Source: Kiritimatiellia bacterium
GTDB lineage: Bacteria > Verrucomicrobiota > Kiritimatiellia > JAAZAB01
DNA length: 64,000 nt
NCBI GenBank assembly: GCA_040767085.1
Contig: JAXGPF010000012.1
Location: forward strand, 128,001-192,000
Reading direction: 5' to 3'
This document shows, in pieces, positions 37,806 through 48,515 of this stretch. How positions within the stretch are numbered: position 1 is the stretch's first letter; the number at the start of each line of letters is the position of its first letter. A program made the position numbers and the translations under genes. Under the pieces are notes generated by a model. The model was not told the DNA's origin. It saw only the letters and a list, made by a program, of their open reading frames with translations, and did not search any database.

Positions 37806-40613
37806 ATGCAAAAATGGAATTTCAGGCTGCCGATTCTGGCGGCGTTGGCGATGTTGATTCAGAACGACAGCCGCGGCGAAGAGTTGCGCCCATGGATCGG
37901 GACGTTTCTGTCGCGCAAGCCGGGAGTGGTGGATCTCGGGCCGAGCCGGCGTTTTGAAATCAAGCCCATCATCCGCGATCTGGCGGAATTTGGGGTGTCG
38001 GACGTTTACTTCGGACACAATCAGGGCCGCGGCGGCCCGTTTTACCATCCCACTGCCGTCGCTCATCTGAAGGCCCACGGGGTGTTGGGCGAGCGTGATT
38101 TCCTGGAGGAGCTGCTGGCCGAGGCGGATGCCCATGATGTGCGGGTATGGTTGCTGTGGACGCCGCCATCCGCCGGCGAATCGCGCAGGGAGCAGCCGGG
38201 TTTCAAGGATGGCCTGTACGCGCTGGACGATTACTCCCTGGCCAGCCCGGAGTTGCGGCGCGTGTATTGCGATTTGATTGACGAACTGGCGGAAAAATAT
38301 TTGCCGCGCCATCCCAGCCTGGCCGGCATCTACCTGCATGAAATCCATGCCGGACTTGATCCGATGAACCGGCCCGTGGATTTGGAGCGGTTTAAAGAAT
38401 ATTGTCGGGCTGAATTCGGCGCCGCATATGCCGGCACAAACATGCCGGGGATTGATCCGGATGATGTCTGGTCGCGCCGCTACCTGCTTTACCGCAATCA
38501 TGTCACCACTGAGTTCGTGCGCGCCCTCGCTGACCGCGCGCGCTTGCGCGGCTTGAAGACCGCGTTCTGCCACTATCCCGCCGAGACCAGTTCCGGCTGG
38601 CCGATCGGCGCGGATGTCCTGGATCTGGAGCGGGTGACGGACATGATGTGGGAGGTGAGTTTTGCGCTGGAAAACTGCAAGCATTATTATTCCATCAAGG
38701 GCGCCATGCTGGACTTCGGGCCGACTTACCGCAACAACAACCCCGCGTTGAATTACGCCTCCGCCTTCCACGGCTACCCCCTGAGCTATTTCGAATTTGC
38801 CACGCCGGTGTATGTTGACGAAATCCGGGCTCATTTTCCGCCCGCTTCGCCCTGGCATCAGCAGTATGGCGACCCTTACACCGGCCATGGGGGCAAGACG
38901 GAGCGCGAAGTTGAATTGTTCTTCGGCAAAAAAAACATGGGCCAATGGTTGCGCCTGATGGGCCGCTGGCAGGGCGGCGCGCCGCCGGCGCAGATCAGCG
39001 CGGCCATCAATCCTACGCCATACCTGATGCTGCGCCCGCGGGGCCATAGCCAGTTCTTTGTGGATAATGTGGCAAAATTGATGGAGTGCCTGACGTTGTG
39101 GGCGGATGTGGACGGCATGATCAGCGGCTCGCTGGCCATGCCGGAAAATCTGCGGCGCTATGAAACGATCATTATTCCCGAAGAACATGGAACCGGCTTG
39201 CGCGAAGAAGTATTTCGACAGTATTTTAAATATGTGGAGGAGGGCGGGCGGCTGCTGGTGGTGAATACGCCCATAACCACCGCCGCGCCGGATATGACCG
39301 CCGCGCGGGATCGCACCGCGGAATTATGCGGAGTGGCATGGCAGCCGGCGGCCATTACGGCGCTGACCTTTGTGGCGGCGGCGGACCTGGCCGTTACGCC
39401 GCCGCCGCCGGGCCGGGCCTGGCGGCACGGCGCGCTGTCCAATGCCGCCGCGGAAGTCCTGGTCAAGCGCGCCGATAACGGCGCGCCATTGCTGACGCGC
39501 CGGCGGTTGGGCCGGGGCGAGGTTTATTTTTCGGCGTTAAGCTTTCAACCAGGCTTGGAAGATTATTTCGTTTCCCTGGCCAAACTGCTGGCCCAGCCCC
39601 GGTTCTGGCTGGAAGGGCCCGGCGGCATGCGCATCCTCGAGGCGGTGCAGAAGGATCATCAGTTGTGCGTGTCGTTATGGGGACAAGGGGGACGAGTTTT
39701 AAAGGTGGATGCTGCGCGCGCCGGCCTGACCGGCGCGGAATTTCAGGTGCGGGACATCGTTACCGGCCGGATTTTCGCCGAATCGCTTGCCGCCGCGGCG
39801 CTTGTGAACGAGGGCGTGTCAATCTCGATAACCTACAGCAATCAACCGATGGTGGTCGCCGTGGGCGCGCCGGAGGCGCTCCGTGATTATCCAGGACTTT
39901 ATGCAAGCGCCGAAGTGTTCCGCGATTTGCGGGAACGCGCGCCGGTGGCGGAGAATCCGCAAGTGCCGATACTCGTGCCGGAAGGGCCGGGCGCGCGCAT
40001 CGGTGTGTATCACCTGGGGTTGGGCGCGGAGGAAATCGTCAAAGCGGCCGGCGCTGGCGGAATGCGCGCTTTCACCCTGCCGCGCCTGGACACGGAAGCC
40101 ATGGGGTATGCCGATGTGATCGTCATCCCGCAGATTGCCGGCACGGTGGAGTTTTTCAACCAGGCGCGGCCGGTGTTGCGCAAATTCGTGGAAAATGGCG
40201 GCGGCATACTGCTGACGCATGACGCCGTGGGGTATCGCGCCCACCAGTCGGTGTTTCCGGAAGTAGGCGTCGGGCTGGAAAATGTTAAAGACGATCGTTT
40301 GCAAACCGCCGGCCGGCATCCGGCCGCCGCCGGCATTGCGCCGGGCACGGCTTTCAATCCTGGCTTTCGCTTCGATCATGTGGCCATTAAACCCGGTCCC
40401 GCGGGCACGGGCTTGGTGGTGAATGCGCAGGGGGCGGCGGTACTGGCGGCCGGGAAGTTCGGACGGGGGCGGGTGGTTCTGCTGGGTACGCTGCCGGGCG
40501 TGGCGGGCAGCCCGAAAAGTTCCGACGGCCGGCCGGCGGCGCCCGTCGGTGTTGAGTTGGAAATTGTACGCAACGCCCTGCGCTGGCTGGCGGAGAAAGC
40601 CCGCGCTGAATAA
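37806..40613 (+). CDS. Secreted multi-domain putative glycoside hydrolase (TIM-barrel GH plus GATase-like/ThuA-like domains)
   Basis: Signal peptide; DFLEELL.EA; GIYLHE; YVEEGGRLL; C-terminal FVENGGG.LL.HD and G.GRVV. Confidence 0.6.
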   Translation: MQKWNFRLPILAALAMLIQNDSRGEELRPWIGTFLSRKPGVVDLGPSRRFEIKPIIRDLAEFGVSDVYFGHNQGRGGPFYHPTAVAHLKAHGVLGERDFLEELLAEADAHDVRVWLLWTPPSAGESRREQPGFKDGLYALDDYSLASPELRRVYCDLIDELAEKYLPRHPSLAGIYLHEIHAGLDPMNRPVDLERFKEYCRAEFGAAYAGTNMPGIDPDDVWSRRYLLYRNHVTTEFVRALADRARLRGLKTAFCHYPAETSSGWPIGADVLDLERVTDMMWEVSFALENCKHYYSIKGAMLDFGPTYRNNNPALNYASAFHGYPLSYFEFATPVYVDEIRAHFPPASPWHQQYGDPYTGHGGKTEREVELFFGKKNMGQWLRLMGRWQGGAPPAQISAAINPTPYLMLRPRGHSQFFVDNVAKLMECLTLWADVDGMISGSLAMPENLRRYETIIIPEEHGTGLREEVFRQYFKYVEEGGRLLVVNTPITTAAPDMTAARDRTAELCGVAWQPAAITALTFVAAADLAVTPPPPGRAWRHGALSNAAAEVLVKRADNGAPLLTRRRLGRGEVYFSALSFQPGLEDYFVSLAKLLAQPRFWLEGPGGMRILEAVQKDHQLCVSLWGQGGRVLKVDAARAGLTGAEFQVRDIVTGRIFAESLAAAALVNEGVSISITYSNQPMVVAVGAPEALRDYPGLYASAEVFRDLRERAPVAENPQVPILVPEGPGARIGVYHLGLGAEEIVKAAGAGGMRAFTLPRLDTEAMGYADVIVIPQIAGTVEFFNQARPVLRKFVENGGGILLTHDAVGYRAHQSVFPEVGVGLENVKDDRLQTAGRHPAAAGIAPGTAFNPGFRFDHVAIKPGPAGTGLVVNAQGAAVLAAGKFGRGRVVLLGTLPGVAGSPKSSDGRPAAPVGVELEIVRNALRWLAEKARAE

Positions 40614-40630
40614 CGGCCCAGCCGTTATTC
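40608..40630. terminator. 10 bp hairpin over the stop codon
   Basis: gaataacggc-cca-gccgttattc. Confidence 0.4.
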
Positions 40631-40675
40631 CGCCGGTAACTTTATCCATAAATTTACATATATCAGCGGTTGATC

Positions 40676-41941
40676 ATGTCCACAAAATCCCTGATAATTG
40701 TCACGATTGATTTTGACGATGAAGTCGTTTTGCGCCGGCGTGCGCTGACGGAGGCCGACATCCGGGGATTGTTGACGCGCCTGAAAAAATGCGGGGTTGA
40801 CGGCATTGTCTGGCGCCTGACCTGCCTCGGGCAGGCGCATTACCATAGTAAAGTGTTGCCTGGCCCGGCCTTTGATAAGGCCGACTTGAAATATTGGCAG
40901 GATTGGGTCAGTCAAACTCCCGCCCCGGCCGGCATGGGGGCGGGAACAAGCAAGGCCATTATGAACGCGGGCGAGCGTGAAGAGTGGACGAAATGGCTGC
41001 AGCAGACTTTAACTGCCATGGACCCGCCGGATGTGGCCGGGCGCATTTGCCGGGAACTGGGCTTGACTTTTCATTTGTGGGTTGACCTGTTCGACGGGTG
41101 GTACCCCGGCGTCTATCTGCCGGTGTTGCGGGAACATCCGGAATGGTGCTGGACGGATCATACCGGCACAAAATATCTGCGCGGGGCGGCCAGCTACGCG
41201 TTCCAGCAAAATGTCGGGCGCCTGGAGCGCGTGGTGGAAGAGATCAAACGTTATGAGGCGGATGGGCTGTATCTGTGCCTCTCCTGCCATTCCCTGCACT
41301 TGGTGGAGCATCCGGATGCCCTGGCCGCCGGATACGGGTTCGAACCTCCGGTCCGCCGCCGCTTTGCGGAACTGCACGGACGGGAGCCGGATGTCAATGC
41401 CGCCGACCGCCCGCTTTTGAACCGGGTGCGCGGCGAATTCATGACCGCGCTTTTTGAACGGGTGCGCCGGCGGCTGGCCCCGGCCAGGCAATTGATCCTG
41501 CCGATGCATCTGCATCCGGACATGATCAAGACTTCGCCCTACATGTCGGGGCCGGTAGCGATCAGTTATTACCAGGATTACGGCGCATGGCGGCGCGCCA
41601 ACCTGGGGCAGGGCTTTGTCCTGGGCGATTACGAACATGTGTTCACCTGGACGGAAAACTGGCGCCTGAAAGGCTTGCCGGACGGAAATGCGCGGACCAT
41701 ACCGGCGGAACATGCGAGCGCATTGCTGCCGGGGATTGACTGGGAGCGCTGCCCGCACTATTATTTCAGCGGTTGGATGGGCGGCCGGCAGAATATAACG
41801 CAGCGCCTGGAGCGCATGCTGGCGGCAAAGCGGCGCCACCCGCTGTCCGGCGGCTGGCTGCACGAGGCCGCGAGTTTCGAGGAGGCCGGCGCTTGGGACT
41901 TGCTGGCGCAATACGCGGCGGCTTGCCGGGGGATAAAGTGA
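40676..41941 (+). CDS. Hypothetical GHL10/DUF187-like TIM-barrel protein
   Basis: G...I.WR...G...Y.S, DP....G, W.DLFD, EHPEW, DGLYL, YGFEPPV...F. Confidence 0.55.
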   Translation: MSTKSLIIVTIDFDDEVVLRRRALTEADIRGLLTRLKKCGVDGIVWRLTCLGQAHYHSKVLPGPAFDKADLKYWQDWVSQTPAPAGMGAGTSKAIMNAGEREEWTKWLQQTLTAMDPPDVAGRICRELGLTFHLWVDLFDGWYPGVYLPVLREHPEWCWTDHTGTKYLRGAASYAFQQNVGRLERVVEEIKRYEADGLYLCLSCHSLHLVEHPDALAAGYGFEPPVRRRFAELHGREPDVNAADRPLLNRVRGEFMTALFERVRRRLAPARQLILPMHLHPDMIKTSPYMSGPVAISYYQDYGAWRRANLGQGFVLGDYEHVFTWTENWRLKGLPDGNARTIPAEHASALLPGIDWERCPHYYFSGWMGGRQNITQRLERMLAAKRRHPLSGGWLHEAASFEEAGAWDLLAQYAAACRGIK

Positions 41942-42014
41942 GGGTTTTTAATCAGTTCGATTGTCTGGACATAATATTGCGGCATATTCGAAAAAGCGGT
42001 TCCAGGGAGGTTTC

Positions 42015-43316
42015 ATGCAAATCAAGCGCAACGCAAGGGAAGCCGGTTGGAAGGCATTGTTGCTGGGGATGCTGCTGACATTGCCGGCCATGTCCCAGAC
42101 GTGTTATGTCTCGCTGTCGGGCGGCAATGTTGACCCTTTTGACAGTTGGGCCAAAGCCGCGACAACCATTCAGCCGGCGTTGCAGGCTGCGGCCACCAAC
42201 GGCTGGAACACGGTGCTGGTGGCCACCGGCACTTACAACCTGGCCGCGCAGGTGGCGGTCACCAATGCCCTGACCCTGCGCAGTTGGAACAACGGCAGCC
42301 TTGACCCCGAAAACACCATTCTGGACGGCGGCGGCGCGGTGCGTTGCCTGTTGGTCAGCAACGCGGCCGCGCGGGTTGAGGGCTTTACCTTGACCCGCGG
42401 CGGCGCCGTTACCCACGGCGCGGGGACGCTGATGTATTACGGCCTGCTTGACAACTGCATTCTTACATACAACGGCGGCACTAACCTGGACGTGTGGGGC
42501 GGCGGCGCCTGTCTGTATCAAACCGCCGCCATTGTGGGCAGCCGGATCATCGCCAATGCATCCGGCCCCGGTGTCAGCGCGGGCGGCGTGTTAATGAATG
42601 AAAAAGCCCGGTTGGCCGATTGCATCATCGCCTTCAACACCAACATTCATGTTTCCAACATTTCCCACGGGGGCGGCGGTATAATGATGTCCGGCAATAC
42701 CAGCGTGGAAAACTGCCGGATTATCAGCAACTTCAGCATCAGTTACGGCGCCGGGATTTATACCGGCACCGGCGCCAACAGCACCAACATCATCCGCAAT
42801 TGCCTGATTGCGGGCAACCAAGTCACGCATTCCACCGGCGGCGCCGGCATCACCATGGTGGCCACTGGCATGGACAAGGTGACGCTCGTGCAGAATTGCA
42901 CCATCGTCAGCAATTTTTCGCCAACCTATGCCGGGGGAATATATTGCCGTAATCCCGCCGGCAATATGGTGGAGAATTCCATTGTGTATAATAATAACGG
43001 GAGTTGGGCGCAAAAGGATTATTATTATTCCAGTACAGCCGGTGGCACATCCTTCTGGACCAACTGCTGCACCAGTCTGACCAATTATTTTTCCGGATCC
43101 GGCAATACCACGAATGCGCCGGTATACGTGAATTTCGATGAATGCAATTACCGGCTGCCCGGGGATTCTTTCCTCGTCAATGCCGGCATGCCGCGGGAAT
43201 GGATGGGGGCCTCAACCGACCTGGACGGGCATCGGCGGATTGACCGGATGAGCGGCCTCCCGGATATCGGTTGTTATGAGTTCATCCCGCAGGGAGCGAT
43301 TTTCAATTTTCGATAG
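42015..43316 (+). CDS. Secreted parallel beta-helix protein with choice-of-anchor-Q-like C-terminus
   Basis: P..SWA.AA.TIQ, TILDG, GGG/NC.I..N repeats, NYRL......NAG...DLDG..R....DIGCYE. Confidence 0.85.
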   Translation: MQIKRNAREAGWKALLLGMLLTLPAMSQTCYVSLSGGNVDPFDSWAKAATTIQPALQAAATNGWNTVLVATGTYNLAAQVAVTNALTLRSWNNGSLDPENTILDGGGAVRCLLVSNAAARVEGFTLTRGGAVTHGAGTLMYYGLLDNCILTYNGGTNLDVWGGGACLYQTAAIVGSRIIANASGPGVSAGGVLMNEKARLADCIIAFNTNIHVSNISHGGGGIMMSGNTSVENCRIISNFSISYGAGIYTGTGANSTNIIRNCLIAGNQVTHSTGGAGITMVATGMDKVTLVQNCTIVSNFSPTYAGGIYCRNPAGNMVENSIVYNNNGSWAQKDYYYSSTAGGTSFWTNCCTSLTNYFSGSGNTTNAPVYVNFDECNYRLPGDSFLVNAGMPREWMGASTDLDGHRRIDRMSGLPDIGCYEFIPQGAIFNFR

Positions 43317-43325
43317 ACATCCGGC

Positions 43326-46300
43326 GTGAAATTATCCACCACCTGCCTGCGTTATGCTGAAGCGTTGCCGGACGAAGTTGTTCGCTTGCGGGATGCCGGC
43401 GCCATGGTTTATCTGCCGCTCGGGTCGCTGGAGTGGCACGATACGCATGCTCCGCTGGGGACGGACAGCGTGATTGCCGAAGGCTTGAGCCTGCGTCTGG
43501 CCGAAACCACCGGCGGGGTGGTGCTGCCGCCGCTCTGCTGGGCGTTGACGCTGGCCGATGCGGCCAAGCCGCCGTATGTCTGGGAAAAGGCGCGCGGCTC
43601 GCTGGGCCTGGGCGCGCCGGACATCTGGGAGGCGTTCCTGCGCAGCCAGGTGGACGCGCTGTTGCGCGACGGTTGGCAGACAGTGGCGCTGGTGGCCGGC
43701 CATGCCGGCAGCCTGGAACGTGAAATTCTGGGCCGGTTGGCCGCGGAGCATGCGCAACCCAACCAGCCGCAGGTGGCGCTGATCAATCTCTACCAGCATG
43801 TTGCCGGGGATCATGCCGGCTATTTTGAAACCAGCCTCCTCCTGGCTTTGCGCCCTGACAGCGTACAGGCCGCGCCGTCGGAAGGCAATCCCTGGGCGCG
43901 CGCGCCGGCATCCGCCGCCAACGCGCGGGATGGCGGGCAAATGGTTCGCGAATGCCTGGCCGGGGCGTTGGATGTCATCCAGGCTGCACGCGTTCGCCGG
44001 CATCCGCTTTTGCCGCCGCCTTGCCCGATGTTGGAAGGCGCGCGCTTGCCGGCGCCGTGGGCGGCGCAATGGATTGCGCCGGACGCGCCGGCGTCCGACA
44101 ATTTTTACTTCCTGGCTCGCGGCGTGTTTTCCGTGCCCAACCCACCGTCATCGGCCTGCTTGCACATTACCGCCGATGCGCGCTATACGGCTTATTTGAA
44201 CGGGCGCCGGGTAGGCTGCGGTCCCGCGCGCGGATCGCATCGGCGCTATTTCGTGGACACTTATGACGTTGGCGCCTGGCTGCGGCCGGGCGAAAACTGG
44301 CTGGCCGTTGCCGTGCACTGCCCCGTCCAGCCCACTTATAACTCCGTGCCGCATGCGCCGGGTTTGCTGGCGGAAATCCCCGGGCTGATCGCTACGGGCG
44401 CCGCCTGGGAGGTTCGGGTGGACCCGGCGCATAATCCCGCCGCGCCATTTTTCACCAGGCAACTGGGTTATGCCGAATGGCAGGATTTGCGGCTGGAACC
44501 CGCCGGCTGGACCACCGGCCGGGATGCGCCGGGCTCTGAAAACACAAACTCCGGCGCCGGCCGCTGGCAACCCGCCCGCGAACTGGCCGCGGCCGCGGAA
44601 TTCGGCGGCCGGGCGCTGTCCCTCCGTCCGATTCCCGACTTGACCTGGACGGAGCGTCTGCCGCTGCGGGTAGTCGCCGCGGGGCGGGTGCCGCACCTGG
44701 CGGAAGGGAATTTGGCCAAGCCCGGTTTTGCCGAAATCATGCAGGCGGAAATGCATTTCGCGGGCGATCCCGCCGATTTTAAAAACATGGGCGCGCTGGC
44801 GGGGCATACCGGCGGGAGCACCATCCATCCGGCGCCCGGCGCGCCGGGCGCGTATATAATTCTCGATTTCGGCCGTGAAATCGCCGGGCACCTGCTGCTG
44901 GAGGTGGAAGGCCCCGCCGGAATGATTATGGATGTCGGGTATGACGAAGGGCTGGATGGCGGCCGCCTGGTGACGTATCGCGGCGCCTACCGGTTCGCCG
45001 ACCGGTTTGTCCTCCGCGCGGGCCGGCAGACCGTCAATTCCCAGATGCACGCGCGCGGGTTTCGCTATGTGCAGTTGATCTTCCGCCGCCTGAAAGCGCC
45101 GGTGACGCTGCACGCGGTGCGCGCCGTAGAGCGGGTGCATAGCGCGCCGCTGCGGGCGGCCTGGTTTTGCGCGGGCGATCTGCGATTAAACCGGCTCTGG
45201 AAAGCCTGCGCCAATACAGTCCGGTTGTGCGCCCTGGATACTTTTGTGGACTGCATCTGGCGCGAGCAGGCGTTTTGGGTCAACGATTTTGCCGTGGTCA
45301 ATGGTTACTACCTGGGGTTGACCGGTGACGGAAAATTCTCCGCGCACAACCTCCGGCTGGCCGCGGATGGCATCCGCCCCGACGGGCTGCCGCCCTGCGT
45401 CTATCCCGCCGAGCCGGTCAAATCCTTCCCGAAGATGCCCGCCCTCTGGGCCCTGGCCCTGGCGGATTATCATCTTTACACCGGCGACCTGGCGCTGCTG
45501 CGGGAGCTTTGGCCGACGCTGGAAAAAGCCCTGGCCTGGTACGACGCGCACCGCGCCGCGGACGGCTTGACGCCCGATCAGCCCGATATGTGGAATTTTG
45601 TAGACTGGGGTTACCGCGCCGCCGGAGCCGCGCTGGCGGGGAAAACGGCAATCCTCAACATGCTGATCGCCGCCGGCTACAAACAAGCCGCAATCGTCGC
45701 CGATGCGGTAGGCCAGCCGGGGCGGGCGCAAGCATGGCGGGAGCGCAGCCGGGATGTAGTACGGGCGTTGAACGCCGTTTTGTGGGATGCCACGCGCGGC
45801 TGTTACCGCGATTGCACCCAGCCGTCCGGCGCCGCGACTGCGAGCCAGCATCCGCTGGCGGTTGGGCTGGCTTTCAATCTCCTGGAAGAACCGCAGCGCG
45901 CGGCCGCCGCTGCGCGCCTGCTGGACCCCGGCCTGATCCAGGCGGAATTATATTTCCAGCATTTTGTTCTGGCCGCCCTGGCGGCGCTGCATCGTCCCGC
46001 CGATGCCCTGGGCGTCATCCGCGGCTTATGGGTCCCGATGCTTGAGCAGGACGGCGATACCATCTGGGAAAGCCGGTTCGGGCGCGCCGCCTTTCAAAAT
46101 AACGGCAGCTTGTGCCATGCCTTTGCCTGCGCCCCCCTGCGCTTTTTGCAGGAGACGGTGTTGGGCGTCAGGCCGCTGCAGCCGGGATTCGCCGAGTTCA
46201 GCCTCGACCCCCAACCGGCGGGACTGCTGGGCGCGTGGGGCATTGTGCCCGCGCCGCAAGGATTGATCCGGGTCAAATGGACCCAGGCGCCCGGCGGGCC

Positions 46301-46394
46301 GGTCAAACTGGAGGCGGAAATTCCGGCGGGCACGGTCGCCTGTATGGCCGATGGACGCCGTCTCGATGCCGGGCGGCATGTGCTTGAATGTTGA
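43326..46394 (+). CDS. Creatininase-family amidase fused to GH78 alpha-L-rhamnosidase-like protein
   Basis: N-terminal PLGSLEWHDTHAPLGTD and HAGYFETS. Then ITADARY..YLNG, LDFGRE, RGFRY, DC.WREQ, TIWE, SLCHAF, P.G.I.V.W. Confidence 0.85.
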   Translation: MKLSTTCLRYAEALPDEVVRLRDAGAMVYLPLGSLEWHDTHAPLGTDSVIAEGLSLRLAETTGGVVLPPLCWALTLADAAKPPYVWEKARGSLGLGAPDIWEAFLRSQVDALLRDGWQTVALVAGHAGSLEREILGRLAAEHAQPNQPQVALINLYQHVAGDHAGYFETSLLLALRPDSVQAAPSEGNPWARAPASAANARDGGQMVRECLAGALDVIQAARVRRHPLLPPPCPMLEGARLPAPWAAQWIAPDAPASDNFYFLARGVFSVPNPPSSACLHITADARYTAYLNGRRVGCGPARGSHRRYFVDTYDVGAWLRPGENWLAVAVHCPVQPTYNSVPHAPGLLAEIPGLIATGAAWEVRVDPAHNPAAPFFTRQLGYAEWQDLRLEPAGWTTGRDAPGSENTNSGAGRWQPARELAAAAEFGGRALSLRPIPDLTWTERLPLRVVAAGRVPHLAEGNLAKPGFAEIMQAEMHFAGDPADFKNMGALAGHTGGSTIHPAPGAPGAYIILDFGREIAGHLLLEVEGPAGMIMDVGYDEGLDGGRLVTYRGAYRFADRFVLRAGRQTVNSQMHARGFRYVQLIFRRLKAPVTLHAVRAVERVHSAPLRAAWFCAGDLRLNRLWKACANTVRLCALDTFVDCIWREQAFWVNDFAVVNGYYLGLTGDGKFSAHNLRLAADGIRPDGLPPCVYPAEPVKSFPKMPALWALALADYHLYTGDLALLRELWPTLEKALAWYDAHRAADGLTPDQPDMWNFVDWGYRAAGAALAGKTAILNMLIAAGYKQAAIVADAVGQPGRAQAWRERSRDVVRALNAVLWDATRGCYRDCTQPSGAATASQHPLAVGLAFNLLEEPQRAAAAARLLDPGLIQAELYFQHFVLAALAALHRPADALGVIRGLWVPMLEQDGDTIWESRFGRAAFQNNGSLCHAFACAPLRFLQETVLGVRPLQPGFAEFSLDPQPAGLLGAWGIVPAPQGLIRVKWTQAPGGPVKLEAEIPAGTVACMADGRRLDAGRHVLEC

Positions 46395-46407
46395 TGGCAG
46401 GACCAGA

Positions 46408-47481
46408 ATGCCGGAAATTCCAAAACGTATTTCACTGCCGGGGCAGGCCGCGGAAATCATCGTCCGGGGTTTGCGCAATGGCGAGTGGCGCGGCAAGTTG
46501 CCGCCCGAAAGAAGTTTATGCGGGCAGTTGCAAGTCAGCCGCACCACCTTGCGCAAGGCGCTGCGGATTTTGCGCCAGCAGGGGCTCATTGCCACCGTCC
46601 CGCACCGGGGCACAATCGTGCAACATCCGGCCGCCCGCCGCCGGCGGCGCGCCAGCCGGCGGGTGGTGGGGTTGTTGCTGGGTGAAGCGTGGGAGTTGTT
46701 GTCGGGCCAGAACCAGGTGTTTTTTTCCAACCTGGAACAATATTTGCTTAAACAAGGATATCTCTGCGAAATCCGCGTGCAGCGGGACTTGCGCAACGGC
46801 GGATTCCGGCATGGCGGGGACATGCTGGCCGGCTCCGAAGCGGCCTGCTGGGCCATCTGCGCGGTTCCGCTGGAAGTGCAGCGGTGGTTTTTCGAAAACA
46901 AAAAACCGGCCTTGGTCCTGGGATCATGTTTCCCCGGGATCAAGTTGCCCGAGTTGGACGTGGATTATGCCGCCGTTTGCCGTCATGCGGCCATGACCTT
47001 GTTGGAACTGGGGCATCGGCGGCTGGCCTACCTGGCGCCGCAGCGGCAATTCGCCGGGGATTTGCTTTCCGAGACGGGCATCGTTGGAGCAACCCGGGGA
47101 TGCGCAGCGGATATTATCCGGCATCCGGGGACGCCGCAGGGAATCTGCCGCGCCCTGGAAGATTATTTCGCGCGTCCGGCGGCGCCGGCTTCCGGATTCA
47201 TTGTCGCCGGCGCTCTGCCGGCCATCACGGTTGCCGGATGGATGATTTCGCGCGGGCTGCGGATTCCCGGGGACGTCTCGCTGGTCTGCCGGGACGATGA
47301 CCAGGCGTTGGGCGCCTTTGTCCCGCCCATCGCCCGCTATGGCGTGGATAATCGCGAATACGCCAGGCTCTGCGCGAAAATCCTGGCGCGCATGGCGGAG
47401 GGCGGATCGCATCTCTCCAAGTCAACCCGCTTGATGGCCAGATTCGTGCCGGGCGGCACGCTCGCCCCGCCGCCGCGGTGA
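46408..47481 (+). CDS. GntR-type wHTH regulator with LacI-type periplasmic-binding-like sensor domain
   Basis: LPPERSL...LQVSRTTLRKAL..L...G; LLELGHRRLA; GLRIPGDVSLV. Confidence 0.9.
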   Translation: MPEIPKRISLPGQAAEIIVRGLRNGEWRGKLPPERSLCGQLQVSRTTLRKALRILRQQGLIATVPHRGTIVQHPAARRRRRASRRVVGLLLGEAWELLSGQNQVFFSNLEQYLLKQGYLCEIRVQRDLRNGGFRHGGDMLAGSEAACWAICAVPLEVQRWFFENKKPALVLGSCFPGIKLPELDVDYAAVCRHAAMTLLELGHRRLAYLAPQRQFAGDLLSETGIVGATRGCAADIIRHPGTPQGICRALEDYFARPAAPASGFIVAGALPAITVAGWMISRGLRIPGDVSLVCRDDDQALGAFVPPIARYGVDNREYARLCAKILARMAEGGSHLSKSTRLMARFVPGGTLAPPPR

Positions 47482-47573
47482 GCGGATGCGGTGGTTTCCT
47501 GAAAATACCACCGATTTCGTTTCCCGGCGCGGGTGCGGTCTATTATCTTTATGGATAAATGAAAGGAAATACC

Positions 47574-48515
47574 ATGCCGAATAAAGAACCGTTGGTTTAT
47601 CTGAAGGGCCGGTTCATGCCGGCGGCCGAGGCGCATGTGGCGATTTACGACGCGGCGGTGGTGATGGGCGTGACGGTCACCGATCTGCTGCGCACGTTCA
47701 ATCACAAGCTCTTCCGGCTGGAGGATCATATCGCCCGGTTTTACCGTTCCTGCCGTTATGCGCGGATCAATCCGCCCATCGGCCCGGAAGAAACCGTGCG
47801 CGTCTGCGCCGAACTGGCGGAGAAAAACGCGGCTTTGCTCCCGCCGGAATCGGACCTGGCGCTGGTGCTGTTCATCTCGCCCGGCGAATTGAAGCTTTAT
47901 GCCGGCAGCGCCGGCATGTCCGGGGCAATGCAGCCGACTTTCTGCATCCACACTTTCCCGCTGGCGTTTCAGCTCTGGCATCGGGCGTTCACGGACGGTA
48001 TCCACGTCGTCACGCCTTCGATCCGGCACGTGCCGCCCCAGTGCGTGGATCCGAAGATCAAGCATCGCAGCCGCATGCACTGGTGGCTGGCGGATCATGA
48101 AGCGCACCTGGCCGATCCGAAGGCCGTGGCCTTGTGCCTGGACCTGGCCGGCAATGTCACCGAAACCGGCGGCTCGAATTTTGCCATCGTCCGCGATGGC
48201 GCGGTCATCACCCCCCCGCGCCGGCAGGTGCTCTGGGGGATCAGCCTGGCGACGGTGAGCGGCCTTTGCCGGAAATTGCAACTGCCGTTCATCGAGCGTG
48301 AAATCCAGGTTTACGACATCGTCAATGCCGACGAGGCCTTCATGCCGACCACGCCGTATTGCATGGCGCCCGTAACTAAAATCAACGGCTTGCCGATCGG
48401 TTCCGGCCGTCCCGGGCCGGTGTTCCAAAAAATTATCGGCGAGTGGAGCCGGATGGTCGGGCTGGACATTGTCGGCCAGATCATGCAGGGCGGCGCCGGC
48501 CTGGATCAAGCGTAG
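47574..48515 (+). CDS. Class IV PLP-dependent aminotransferase (BCAT/D-amino acid/ADC lyase family)
   Basis: FRLEDHIARF, PKIKHRSR (PLP lysine), G.VTETGGSNF, L.GIS, ADEAF..T. Confidence 0.88.
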   Translation: MPNKEPLVYLKGRFMPAAEAHVAIYDAAVVMGVTVTDLLRTFNHKLFRLEDHIARFYRSCRYARINPPIGPEETVRVCAELAEKNAALLPPESDLALVLFISPGELKLYAGSAGMSGAMQPTFCIHTFPLAFQLWHRAFTDGIHVVTPSIRHVPPQCVDPKIKHRSRMHWWLADHEAHLADPKAVALCLDLAGNVTETGGSNFAIVRDGAVITPPRRQVLWGISLATVSGLCRKLQLPFIEREIQVYDIVNADEAFMPTTPYCMAPVTKINGLPIGSGRPGPVFQKIIGEWSRMVGLDIVGQIMQGGAGLDQA

